Source of the DNA: Bacteroidales bacterium
GTDB taxonomy: Bacteria; Bacteroidota; Bacteroidia; Bacteroidales; Bacteroidaceae
Assembly (NCBI GenBank): GCA_004555245.1
Contig: SFIS01000003.1
Coordinates: 11,306-75,305, forward strand
Direction: 5' to 3'
Length of the DNA: 64,000 nt
A program made the position numbers and the translations under genes. Below, piece after piece: positions 46,966-56,840 of the stretch (the stretch's first letter is position 1; each line of letters starts with the position of its first letter). The notes below the pieces were generated by a model. That model made no database searches and was not told where the DNA came from. It saw nothing but the letters and a program-made list of their open reading frames with translations.

Positions 46966-48411
46966 ATGAGAAAAATACTCTTTGCTGCCATAACACTTCT
47001 GCTCGCACTCGCCTCGTGCGATGACAATACAGACACGCTCGGCTCTTCGCTCACTAACACAGAAGACCTCATACAGGTCTCCGACAACGTCTTTGACATC
47101 GTATCGAAGACCGTTGCTGCCGATTCTGTAATTTCAAGAAACACTCTCGGATATCTCGGGCTGGTCAAAGACCCCGAAACCGGAGCGTACGTGAAAAGCG
47201 ACTTCGTCACGCAGTTTCATATCTCCGAAGGTTACGCCTTCCCGCCCGAAGACACTCTCGCAAGGGGAATAACAGCTGATTCGTGTGATGTCAGACTCTT
47301 TTTCGAGAATTTCTACGGAGATTCCCTCGCCTCTATGAAAGCCACACTCTACGAACTGAGGAAACCCGTCGAGGAGAACGCCGTCTTCTACAACAACTTC
47401 GACCCCGAAGCACAAGGATTCGTCAGAATAGGCACTGCAACGGCGCAGTGTACCAAGGCGTACTCGCTCGTCAACAAAAACCTCTCCGATTCGCTCAGAC
47501 ACTCGTCAAGCTACACGAACAACATTCTCTTCAACCTCAACCGGACATATATCTCTGCCGAAGGAAAGGAATACAACAACTACGGCACATATATCATGGA
47601 CAGATACTACGCAAACCCCGAAGACTTCAAAAACTCATACACTTTCGCACACAACGTCTGCCCGGGATTCTATATAAAACTCGAAAACGGAATAGGAAGC
47701 ATGGCGTATATACGATCGTCGCAGATGAATGTCTATTACACCATTCATGACAGCATCGACAAGCCAAGCTACAACTCCTTCGCCGGAACGGAGGAGGTGA
47801 GACAGGTCACACGCATCATAACGGACAACAACCGCATACAGCAACTTGCACAGGACAACACTTGCACATACGTCAAGTCGCCTGCCGGACTGTTCACGGA
47901 ACTTACCCTGCCCGTAGAGGAGATATGCAAGGGACACGAGAATGACTCTATCATCTCGGCACAGGTGGTGCTGAAATGTTTCAACAAGGACAACGATGTG
48001 AAATATGTGTTCTCCGCACCGCAGACACTACTTATGGTGCAGAACGTGAAGATGAAGGAGTTCTTCGAAGAATCCAAGATTGCAGACTACCGTACCTCTT
48101 ACATAGCACAGATAGCGTCGGACGGAGGGTCATACACCTTCGGCAATATCGGACACCTCATAAGGACAATGTATGACGCCATGCCACATGATGATGCCGC
48201 ACGCGAAGAGTGGAAAAGAAACAATCCGGAATGGAACAAGGTGCTGCTGATTCCTGTAAAGGCTGACTACACCTCCCTGCAGAGCTCCACAGTGCTGAGC
48301 AGCGTGTCGCACGACATGTCGCTGACAAGCGTCAGACTTGTAGGAGGAAGCGAAAGCCGAAACGGCAACGTGACAGTTTCGGTCATTTACAGCAAATTCA
48401 ACAAGGAGTAA
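46966..48411 (+). CDS. DUF4270 family lipoprotein
   Basis: Lipobox LASCDD; LGLVKDPETG, TYVKSPAGLFTELTLP, WNKVLLIPV; follows the GT5 gene. Confidence 0.75.
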   Translation: MRKILFAAITLLLALASCDDNTDTLGSSLTNTEDLIQVSDNVFDIVSKTVAADSVISRNTLGYLGLVKDPETGAYVKSDFVTQFHISEGYAFPPEDTLARGITADSCDVRLFFENFYGDSLASMKATLYELRKPVEENAVFYNNFDPEAQGFVRIGTATAQCTKAYSLVNKNLSDSLRHSSSYTNNILFNLNRTYISAEGKEYNNYGTYIMDRYYANPEDFKNSYTFAHNVCPGFYIKLENGIGSMAYIRSSQMNVYYTIHDSIDKPSYNSFAGTEEVRQVTRIITDNNRIQQLAQDNTCTYVKSPAGLFTELTLPVEEICKGHENDSIISAQVVLKCFNKDNDVKYVFSAPQTLLMVQNVKMKEFFEESKIADYRTSYIAQIASDGGSYTFGNIGHLIRTMYDAMPHDDAAREEWKRNNPEWNKVLLIPVKADYTSLQSSTVLSSVSHDMSLTSVRLVGGSESRNGNVTVSVIYSKFNKE

Positions 48412-48434
48412 ATAACCTGTACATAATTATATAT

Positions 48435-48626
48435 ATGGCGGACAACTATCTCGAAAACCACTATCTCGACTATCTCAGAAGAAAGGAAGAGTGGCTGAAG
48501 AAGAAAAAGAAGTCGGCATTGCCAACTGGCAGAAAGACAAAGCCACGACATGACACCGACGCAAAGCGGAAAGCCGCCAATGGACTATACAACACAATAG
48601 AGCGCCCCGAAGACGAGGCGCTCTAA
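48435..48626 (+). CDS. Small basic hypothetical protein (MADNYLE family)
   Basis: MADNYLENHYLDYLRRKEEWLKKKKK resembles short Bacteroidetes proteins as I recall them. Confidence 0.55.
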   Translation: MADNYLENHYLDYLRRKEEWLKKKKKSALPTGRKTKPRHDTDAKRKAANGLYNTIERPEDEAL

Positions 48627-48729
48627 TTGTGTCCGTATAGTAAATGTCATCTCCATCTGCCACACCTTTACTCATCCTGCCTCTTCATCACGGCATTCTT
48701 TTGTCATGCATCTGTCAGCATGAATGTTT

Positions 48730-48744
48730 TGGCACAGCCTTTGT
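48730..48744 (+). promoter_or_regulatory. Sigma-54-like -24/-12 promoter upstream of htpG
   Basis: TGGCAC-N5-TTGT versus consensus TGGCAC-N5-TTGC. Confidence 0.55.
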
Positions 48745-48798
48745 ACATGGTAATATGCAAAGCAATAACAACAACATTTATAAATATACAAAACAACT

Positions 48799-50862
48799 AT
48801 GGCAAAAGGAAATATTGGTGTAACAACCGAAAACATCTTTCCAGTAATCAAGAAGTTCCTCTACTCTGACCATGAGATCTTCTTGCGCGAAATGATTTCA
48901 AACGCTGTCGATGCAACGCAGAAACTCAAGACTCTGCACAGCCGTGGCGAAGTGAACGCTGAACTCGGCGAACTTAAAGTGCGCGTAGCACTCGACAAAG
49001 ACGCTGGCACACTCACCATCAGCGACAACGGCATCGGTATGACAGAAGAGGAAATTGACCGCTATATCAATCAGATTGCTTTCTCCGGCGTGACGGATTT
49101 CCTTGACAAATACAAGGACAACGCCAACCAGATAATCGGACACTTCGGACTCGGCTTCTATTCCTCTTTCATGGTATCTGACAAAGTGGATATCATCACT
49201 CTGTCGTATAAAGAGGGGGCAAAGGCTGTCAAATGGACTTGCGACGGAAGCCCGGAATACGAGATTTCAGAAGCAGGGAAAACAGAGAGAGGTACAGACA
49301 TCGTGCTGCATATCAGCGACGACTGCAAAGAGTTCCTTGAACAAAATAAGATTCAGGAACTGCTCAACAAATACTGCAAGTTCATGTCTGTACCCGTCGC
49401 TTTCGGAAAGAAGCAGGAGTGGAGCTCGGAAGAGAAAAAGATGGTTGACACGGACGAAGACAACATCATCAACGGCGTGGAGCCTCTGTGGACAAAGACA
49501 CCTTCTACACTTAAGGACGATGACTACAAGGCTTTCTACAGAACACTGTACCCTATGTCCGACGAGCCGCTGTTCTGGATTCACCTCAATGTTGACTATC
49601 CGTTCAATCTCACCGGAATACTCTATTTCCCCAAAGTGAAGTCTAACCTCGAACTGCAGCGCAACAAGATTCAGCTATATTGCAATCAGGTGTATGTCAC
49701 TGACCAGGTTGAAGGCATCGTGCCTGAGTTCCTCACACTTCTCCACGGCGTAATCGACTCGCCGGACATTCCGCTCAACGTCAGCCGCTCATATCTACAG
49801 AGTGATGCTAATGTGAAGAAAATCTCTACTTACATCACAAAGAAAGTCTCTGACCGTCTGAAAGCTATCTTTACGGACAACAGGAAAGAATACGAGGAGA
49901 AATGGGATTCGCTCAAGCTCTTCATCAACTATGGGATGCTGTCGCAGCAGGACTTCTATGACAGGGCAAAGGACTTCTCGCTCTTCAAGGATATCGACGG
50001 GAAGTATTTCACGTACGACGAATACAAGGAACTGATAAAGGCTGAGCAGACAGACAAGGACGGCAACCTCGTATATCTCTATGCAACAGACAGAGAGGCG
50101 CAGTACAGCTACATCAAGAGTGCGCAGGATAAGGGGTACTCTGTGCTTATGTTCGACGGAGAACTTGACGTCCCGGCGGTTCAGGTCTTCGAGCAGAAGT
50201 TTGAGAAAGCACGCTTCTCAAGAGTGGATTCAGACATCATCGACCGCCTGATTGTGAAAGATGACCGGAAGAAGAACTCTCTCTCGCAGACAGAGACTGA
50301 CAATCTGTCAGCAGTGTTCCAGTCTCAGCTGCCCCAACTCGACAAGAAACAGTTTGTCGTGGAGGTTGACGCTCTCGGCGAGACGCAGAAGCCTATCGTC
50401 ATAACACAGAACGAATGGATGAGACGTATGAAGGAAATGTCGCAGCTGCAGGCGGGTATGTCGTTCTACGGAGAGATGCCTGACAGCTACGGAATGGTTC
50501 TCAACTCTGACAATGCTCTCATCGCTGATGTCCTGAAACAGACAGAAGAGGCGTGCGCCGAGCAGCTAAAGCCTATCGACAGCGAGATAAAGGGCCTCGA
50601 AGCACGCAAGGCGGCTCTTGAACAAAGCCAGCAGGGAAAGAACGATGCAGACATCCCGCAGGACGAGAAAGACGACCTGAAGAAGACTAAGGACGACATC
50701 ACGGCACAGAAGGATGCACGCAAGAAAGTTCTGGCTGACTATGCCGCATCGAACGAGGTGGTTCATCAGCTCATCGACCTCGCTCTCTTGCAGAACGGAA
50801 TGCTGCGCGGAGAGGCTCTCGACAAGTTCCTTTCACGAAGCATCGACCTGTTAAAGAAGTGA
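48799..50862 (+). CDS. htpG: Molecular chaperone HtpG (Hsp90)
   Basis: LYSDHEIFLREMISNAVDA, DNGIGMT, IGHFGLGFYSSF, DIPLNVSRS. Confidence 0.97.
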   Translation: MAKGNIGVTTENIFPVIKKFLYSDHEIFLREMISNAVDATQKLKTLHSRGEVNAELGELKVRVALDKDAGTLTISDNGIGMTEEEIDRYINQIAFSGVTDFLDKYKDNANQIIGHFGLGFYSSFMVSDKVDIITLSYKEGAKAVKWTCDGSPEYEISEAGKTERGTDIVLHISDDCKEFLEQNKIQELLNKYCKFMSVPVAFGKKQEWSSEEKKMVDTDEDNIINGVEPLWTKTPSTLKDDDYKAFYRTLYPMSDEPLFWIHLNVDYPFNLTGILYFPKVKSNLELQRNKIQLYCNQVYVTDQVEGIVPEFLTLLHGVIDSPDIPLNVSRSYLQSDANVKKISTYITKKVSDRLKAIFTDNRKEYEEKWDSLKLFINYGMLSQQDFYDRAKDFSLFKDIDGKYFTYDEYKELIKAEQTDKDGNLVYLYATDREAQYSYIKSAQDKGYSVLMFDGELDVPAVQVFEQKFEKARFSRVDSDIIDRLIVKDDRKKNSLSQTETDNLSAVFQSQLPQLDKKQFVVEVDALGETQKPIVITQNEWMRRMKEMSQLQAGMSFYGEMPDSYGMVLNSDNALIADVLKQTEEACAEQLKPIDSEIKGLEARKAALEQSQQGKNDADIPQDEKDDLKKTKDDITAQKDARKKVLADYAASNEVVHQLIDLALLQNGMLRGEALDKFLSRSIDLLKK

Positions 50863-50940
50863 CGTTGCTGCTGTTGAAGAAGTGACATTGCTGCTGTTGA
50901 AGAAGCGACATGCTGCTGATGAAGAAGCGACATGCTGCTG
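50854..50940. repeat. 22-23-bp tandem array (4 units) starting across the htpG stop codon
   Basis: AAGAAG(T/C)GAC..TGCTGCTG units at 50854, 50877, 50900, 50922. Confidence 0.85.
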
Positions 50941-51031
50941 TGCAGCGGTATGAACTGACGGTATATGATGGTCGGGGAGGACAGCATGACAATCCTCCGA
51001 CACTCTACAAGATGCCGTGGCAGTCAGGAAC

Positions 51032-51092
51032 AAAGCCCGGCTTTCGGTCCTGTTATCCCCACGGGATAGCAAATGACTGAAAGCCGGGCTTT
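51032..51092. terminator. Long bidirectional hairpin terminator
   Basis: AAAGCCCGGCTTTC...GAAAGCCGGGCTTT. Confidence 0.75.
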
Positions 51093-51120
51093 CTCTTGTT
51101 GGCTCATTCTGCCTGTCTCG

Positions 51121-51261
51121 TCATGCCATATAGTTGCATGATGTGTGGCTTGGGTGGTTCCTGCACATCGTCTTCCTGTTGTTCAGGCTGTGTGCCAGTG
51201 CGCGAAGGCTGTGGATGATGTTGTCAGGGATAGTCAGTTCTTCTGGTGTAAAATACGTCAT
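51121..51261 (-). CDS. Possible small protein (46 aa)
   Basis: MTYFTPEELTIPDNIIHSLRALAHSL...; fills the gap ahead of the terminator at 51032-51092. Confidence 0.35.
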   Translation of the reverse strand: MTYFTPEELTIPDNIIHSLRALAHSLNNRKTMCRNHPSHTSCNYMA

Positions 51262-51424
51262 AGGCTTTGGGAAATGAAGTGAAAGATATTGAAATATTCT
51301 CTGTTTCAATATTATAACGTTCCTTCGCTGCCCTTTATTGTATGCCGCCGAAGTTTTTTTTATGTGCTGTTTTCTTTATGTATGGCATTCGGTTGTGTCA
51401 GTGTGTAGGAGTGCCGCGCTTTTC

Positions 51425-53107
51425 TTATTCAGAGTATATACAGCGCAGATTGCTTATCACCGTAGCTGATGCGCCTGTCGATCCGGTGTGCTGGATGTGT
51501 ATTCCGCCGTAGGCATTGGGCTCTACTGCTGCTGTCAGCAGCATCTTCTCTTCTCCGTTGCGTATCTCGGCAGACAGCTGCGTGTCTTTTGATGATATCT
51601 CTACATGGCAGCCTTTGCGGAAAATGGTGCATTTTGCGGGCTCTGTAATCTGTGTTATCGTGCCGTTGTCATATCTGACAAGGTATGTGGCGACCGCCTT
51701 GTCGTATTCCGGCGTCCTGACAAACCTTACGCCGTAGCCTGTCAGCGACCTTGTGTCGAACTTTATGCAGATGTCAATATATTGCCCGGTAGCGCTGCCG
51801 AAGCCCTGTCCCGGACCTTTGCACGGGTCAAGGTTCACACTCACTGTCTGTCCCTTGTATTCCTCGTCATGATGTGCGGTGTACATCAGGCGTGCGCCTT
51901 TAACGTTCTGAATCATTCCGTAACACCCTTCTGCGCCGTCCATCCCCTCGCCGAACACCCATGCCGGCTTTGTCTTGTCTGCCTCGAAGGCATACATACC
52001 CAGGTCTGTAGGACAGTGGGCGTCTGCTGTCCAGTGTCCGTCAGTGACTTCCGGGATATTGTTTATGCAGAACAGAGGGAAGGAGACAGGCATCGGGATG
52101 TCTGGAGTAGTGGGCACGACAAGAGGCTTTCCGTTCAGTGTGCAGTCTGTCATGTAGCATTTGTGGCGCGGATTGGGCTTGCGTGTCCATTCTATCTTCA
52201 GGTTCGGGTCGTCGCTCGTGAATGCGCAACGTCTGAGGGTGACGGGGCTTGATGCCTTTGTCAGATACTGTATGCCGTTTGTCTTGCAGTGTATCTCGCA
52301 GTCTTCAAACAACGCTCCTTGTGCTGATGTGGCATAGAACGGCTTGCTGGAGAAGAATGTGAATCTGCAGTGACGGTATGTCCCCGTGCCGCATAACGCA
52401 TCGTCCGTGCATTCAAAATAGCAGTCTTCAAACAGTACATCGTCCGCTCCGGAGAAAGGACAGAGGTTCAGACGCGAGATGAAGCGGCAGTTCTTTGCCT
52501 TGTAGTTCTTTCCGTTACATAGCACAAGCTGTGCCTGCACGATAGCGTCGGCACGTTTCTTGCGGTTTAGCCTGCTGTTGCGCGGATATACAAGATCGAC
52601 GTTGCAGTAGTTTCCGAATGTTATGTTCTCTGCCGTAATGTTGTCTCCATCTATATGTAGCATTGTGAAGTTGCCGTCCGCACCTTGCGTCTGCCCTCGC
52701 TGACAAGCCAGCACCACGTCTTCTGCGGCTTCAGAAAGCCCTATCAGATGTATGCCGGAGAACTTCAGCTTCATGCCGAATGGTGTGCCTTCGCCTTCAA
52801 GCGGCAGTCGCATGCCGGGGTCGTCGGGGTTGTCTATCCAGTAAACCGACGGCTCTATATATACCTTAATCTCGGAATTGTCTCCTGCGGGACGTGATGT
52901 GCTCAGCCTTTCGGCACATTCCAGAGCCTCGTTGACAGTCTTGAAGACGTGTTGTGCGGACTTTGTCTTCATGCCGCTGTTCACATACAGGCATCTCTTG
53001 TCTGTCTTCAGGGTCTCGCCGAAAGCCTTGAATGCCTTCTGCGCATATACTCCCGGTGTGGCCATTGCCGTCAGGAAGGCAATGCAGATTATGCTTTTCT
53101 TCATCAT
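51425..53107 (-). CDS. Secreted pectin-lyase-fold (pectinesterase-like) beta-helix protein
   Basis: Signal peptide; ITAENITFGN, VQAQL...KNCRFISRLN, FEDCYFECTDDALCG. Confidence 0.6.
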   Translation of the reverse strand: MMKKSIICIAFLTAMATPGVYAQKAFKAFGETLKTDKRCLYVNSGMKTKSAQHVFKTVNEALECAERLSTSRPAGDNSEIKVYIEPSVYWIDNPDDPGMRLPLEGEGTPFGMKLKFSGIHLIGLSEAAEDVVLACQRGQTQGADGNFTMLHIDGDNITAENITFGNYCNVDLVYPRNSRLNRKKRADAIVQAQLVLCNGKNYKAKNCRFISRLNLCPFSGADDVLFEDCYFECTDDALCGTGTYRHCRFTFFSSKPFYATSAQGALFEDCEIHCKTNGIQYLTKASSPVTLRRCAFTSDDPNLKIEWTRKPNPRHKCYMTDCTLNGKPLVVPTTPDIPMPVSFPLFCINNIPEVTDGHWTADAHCPTDLGMYAFEADKTKPAWVFGEGMDGAEGCYGMIQNVKGARLMYTAHHDEEYKGQTVSVNLDPCKGPGQGFGSATGQYIDICIKFDTRSLTGYGVRFVRTPEYDKAVATYLVRYDNGTITQITEPAKCTIFRKGCHVEISSKDTQLSAEIRNGEEKMLLTAAVEPNAYGGIHIQHTGSTGASATVISNLRCIYSE

Positions 53108-53179
53108 ATCATTTGTTTTAAGGTCAGTTGTTCTGGTGTGTGTCGCACGTTGCAGAGTGCCGTTTGGCAGATGTGCTTG

Positions 53180-53563
53180 TCATTCTTTCATGACGAAAGG
53201 CAAGGCTGCGGCTGCGAGGCCGAGGCAGACGCTAAGCAGGATATACATGAAGAAAGTGCCGGTATGTCCGTTGCGCAGCAGGGCGAGAGCCTCGTAGCTG
53301 AATGTGGAGAAGGTGGTGAAGCCGCCGCATAAGCCTGTCGTGAGGAGAAGACGTGTCTCGTAGGTCAGTCCGAGGCGGTCGGAGTAGTTGTAGAAAATGC
53401 TTATCAGGGCGCAGCCGATGACGTTCACGACAAGTGTGGGCCACGGCATCACGGTGTCTTGGAAGCGTGGATGGAGCGACAGGTGCTGCCATAGCATTGA
53501 CGCCAAGTATCTGAGCGTTGAACCTGTTCCGCCTCCGACGAAGACAAAGAATATTTCTTTCAT
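53180..53563 (-). CDS. crcB: Fluoride efflux channel Fluc/CrcB
   Basis: VGGGTGSTLRY, PWPTLVVNVIGC, TGLCGGFTTFSTFSYE. Confidence 0.93.
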   Translation of the reverse strand: MKEIFFVFVGGGTGSTLRYLASMLWQHLSLHPRFQDTVMPWPTLVVNVIGCALISIFYNYSDRLGLTYETRLLLTTGLCGGFTTFSTFSYEALALLRNGHTGTFFMYILLSVCLGLAAAALPFVMKE

Positions 53564-53630
53564 AAACCAGAGTGTGTTTTCTGAACATGTCATTGGCGAG
53601 ATGGCATGTTTTTTTTTTGTGGCGGTGGAA

Positions 53631-56495
53631 TTACTTTCCGCCCAGTTTCTCCTTTAGATATTGTCCCGTTATGCTTTTCCTGCATTCCGCAACATCCTCC
53701 GGCGTGCCTGTGCATACAATGTCTCCGCCCTTGTCTCCACCTTCCGGCCCGATGTCGATGATGTGGTCGGCACACTTTATGACATCGAGGTTATGTTCGA
53801 TGATGAGAATGGTGTGGCCTCGTTTGATGAGTGAGTTGAACGCGTCGAGCAGGCGTCTGATGTCGTGGAAATGAAGTCCTGTTGTCGGCTCGTCGAAGAT
53901 GAAGAGGGTAGGGGACTGCTTTTCCTGACCAATGAAGTACGCCAGTTTCACACGCTGGTTCTCCCCTCCGGACAATGTTGACGAGCTTTGCCCGAGTTTT
54001 ATGTATCCCAGTCCCACATCCTGCAACGGTCGCAGCCTCTCGATGATGGTTTTCTCTATGCATTGTCTTGATGCGGATTTCTCATTCATCCCTTCCGAGA
54101 AGAACTCGATGGCCTGGTTGATGGTCATGTCAATGATGTCGTAGATGTTCTTTCCGCGGTACTTGACCTCAAGGATGTCACGTTTGAATCGTTTTCCGTG
54201 ACAAGCCTCGCATACAAGTTCAAGGTCTGCCATGAACTGCATTTCGACTATTGTTATGCCGGTTCCTTTGCATTCGTCGCATCGTCCGCCGTCGGTGTTG
54301 AACGAGAAGTGCTGCGCCGTGAATCCCATCTGCTTCGCCAGTTGCTGTTCAGCCATGAGGCTTCTGATAGCGTCGTATGCCTTGACGTATGTTGCCGGGT
54401 TCGATCGTGTAGATTTTCCGATAGGATTCTGATCTACAAACTCGATGTTCTTTATCTCCGCCACGTCGCCGTCCAGTCCTCCGTAGAGCCCCGGTGCGTC
54501 GCACGCCTCGCCGAGAGTTCGTTTCAGTGCAGGATACAGGATGCCTTTTATGAGGGATGATTTGCCGGACCCCGAGACACCTGTCACTACCGTCATGACG
54601 TTTAGCGGAATCTTCACGTCCGTTCCCTTGAGGTTGTTGTGTCGTGGCGACTTGATTGTTATCGCCCTGTTCCATTGTCTTCTTGAAGCAGGCACGTCTA
54701 TCGTCTCCGTGTGTGTGAGGTAGCTGACAGTGTGGCTGTAGGGATATTTCTGCAGTGCGTCTGCTGTTATCTCGTCTGCCGAGCCTTGGAAGACGATCTC
54801 TCCTCCATGTCTTCCCGCATCGGGACCGACGTCAATGAGATAGTCTGCTGCACGCATTATCTCCTCGTCATGTTCTACGACAACCACTGTGTTGCCAATC
54901 TCCTTGAGTTGTTTCAGCACCGCAATCAGCCGTTGTGTGTCTCGTGAATGCAGTCCTATTGAGGGTTCGTCAAGAATATAGAGTGACCCTATGAGTGACG
55001 ACCCGAGGCTTGTACACAGATTGATACGTTGTGATTCGCCGCCAGAGAGTGAGTTTGACGGGCGGTTAAGCGTAAGGTATCCCAGTCCGACATTGAGCAG
55101 GAACTGCAGCCGGCTGTTTATTTCCGTCAGCAAGCGTTTCGCTATTCTCTGTTCCTGTTCTGTGAGTTGTATGTGTGCGAACCAGTCGTGCAGCTCCTCA
55201 ACCGGCATTTCCACAAGTTGTGTTATAGTCTTTCCGCCGATGCCGTTCTCGTCCGCACCTATCCTGACGTATGTCGCTTCCTTTCTTAGTCTAGTTCCAT
55301 GACAGACCGGGCAAACCGTCTTGCCTCTGTATCTTGACAACATCACGCGGTATTGAATCTTGTACTGGTTTTCGGACAGCATACGGAAGAACTCGTCAAT
55401 CGACACTTTCTCGTGCGGGTCAGTATGTTCTTCGCTTGGCAGTCCGTGCCACAACCACGCCTTATGCTCTTCAGAGAGGTTGTAGTATGGCTCAAAGATA
55501 GGGAAGTTGTCTTTCTGTGCCCTTCTGACGAACTCGTCTTTCCAGACGCTCATCTTTTCTCCGTGCCAGCATTGTACACATCCCTGATGCACGGAAAGTG
55601 AGGGATTGGGTATGACAAGCGCTTCGTCAATGCCGATGATACGTCCGAAGCCCTCGCATTTTGGACAGGCTCCAACCGGCGAGTTGAACGCGAAGAGGTT
55701 GTCTGACGGCGTTTCGAATGTCATGCCGTCTGCTTCAAACCTTGTCGAGAAGCCACGTTCAATCCTCGACGGCATGATGACGATGCTGCAAGTGCCGTGT
55801 CCTTCGTAGAGAGCCGTTTCGAGCGAGTCGGTCAGACGTGACAGGTAGTCCTTTGAGTCTGCAACACTGAGGCGGTCGATGAGTAGATGCAGCTCGTCGA
55901 TTCTGATATCATGCTTCTCGTCGTCGTAGAACGGTGCCTCTTCGATACGCATCATCTCGCCGTGATAGTAGAGGCGTGAATAGCCAGCCTGGACCGACAT
56001 CTGCAGCTGTCTTTGCAGCGTCCTGCCTTCCGGGAGGCACAGCGGCGACGTTATGATGAACTTCGTGCCCTGCTGATAAGTCTGTATGTAGGCTATTATG
56101 TCCTCAACCGTGTGTTTCTTCACCTCTTGTCCGCTGACGGGAGAGAACGTGCGTCCGATTCGTGCGAAGAGCAGGCGGAGATACTCGTAAATCTCCGTCG
56201 TCGTGCCGACGGTAGAGCGTGGGTTTCGTGATATGACTTTCTGCTCGATTGCTATTGCCGGCGGCAGGCCTTTTATGAAGTCACACTGCGGTTTTGACAT
56301 CCTTCCGAGGAACTGCCGTGCGTAGCTTGACAGCGATTCTACATAACGCCTTTGTCCTTCCGCATACAGCGTGTCGAATGCCAACGATGATTTTCCGGAG
56401 CCGGAAACTCCAGCCACGACAATGAATTTGTTGCGTGGGATGCTTAGTGAAATGTCTTTCAGGTTGTTTACCTTTGCGTGGCTTATCTCAATCAT
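53631..56495 (-). CDS. uvrA: Excinuclease ABC subunit A
   Basis: GVSGSGKSSLAFDTLYAEGQRRYVESLS, zinc fingers, LSGGESQRI, LSGGENQRVKLA. Confidence 0.97.
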   Translation of the reverse strand: MIEISHAKVNNLKDISLSIPRNKFIVVAGVSGSGKSSLAFDTLYAEGQRRYVESLSSYARQFLGRMSKPQCDFIKGLPPAIAIEQKVISRNPRSTVGTTTEIYEYLRLLFARIGRTFSPVSGQEVKKHTVEDIIAYIQTYQQGTKFIITSPLCLPEGRTLQRQLQMSVQAGYSRLYYHGEMMRIEEAPFYDDEKHDIRIDELHLLIDRLSVADSKDYLSRLTDSLETALYEGHGTCSIVIMPSRIERGFSTRFEADGMTFETPSDNLFAFNSPVGACPKCEGFGRIIGIDEALVIPNPSLSVHQGCVQCWHGEKMSVWKDEFVRRAQKDNFPIFEPYYNLSEEHKAWLWHGLPSEEHTDPHEKVSIDEFFRMLSENQYKIQYRVMLSRYRGKTVCPVCHGTRLRKEATYVRIGADENGIGGKTITQLVEMPVEELHDWFAHIQLTEQEQRIAKRLLTEINSRLQFLLNVGLGYLTLNRPSNSLSGGESQRINLCTSLGSSLIGSLYILDEPSIGLHSRDTQRLIAVLKQLKEIGNTVVVVEHDEEIMRAADYLIDVGPDAGRHGGEIVFQGSADEITADALQKYPYSHTVSYLTHTETIDVPASRRQWNRAITIKSPRHNNLKGTDVKIPLNVMTVVTGVSGSGKSSLIKGILYPALKRTLGEACDAPGLYGGLDGDVAEIKNIEFVDQNPIGKSTRSNPATYVKAYDAIRSLMAEQQLAKQMGFTAQHFSFNTDGGRCDECKGTGITIVEMQFMADLELVCEACHGKRFKRDILEVKYRGKNIYDIIDMTINQAIEFFSEGMNEKSASRQCIEKTIIERLRPLQDVGLGYIKLGQSSSTLSGGENQRVKLAYFIGQEKQSPTLFIFDEPTTGLHFHDIRRLLDAFNSLIKRGHTILIIEHNLDVIKCADHIIDIGPEGGDKGGDIVCTGTPEDVAECRKSITGQYLKEKLGGK

Positions 56496-56840
56496 TTTTC
56501 GTGCAGATGACTTTAATCATTTACTCAGGTTTCGTATGTCTGTGGCATACTGTCAGCAAACAAGCGGACGTTATTTTTACGACAACGGAGACAACAATGA
56601 CAACGGGAAGAACTGGCGCAACGGTTTATGTCACGGGGTGACATACAACTAAGACAACAAGATTACTGTTGTCAACTTGTTTGTCTTCGCAAGTTCAAGG
56701 AAACTACTCGTCAGCTTGACAACAGAACAGATCCAACTTGTCAGCCTGTCAACTCGTCAACTCTTTAACAGTTCGCAAGTTATCAACATTGCGAAATCTG
56801 AAACATTTATCCGAAGCAGCATGCCATGTCTGTCATCGAA

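Noticed and set aside
53564..53660. Fluoride riboswitch upstream of crcB
   Set aside because: Only a fragment (GCCAATGAC) resembles the consensus; the GGCGATGGnGTTCGCC-type P1/pseudoknot is absent and crcB appears co-transcribed with uvrA
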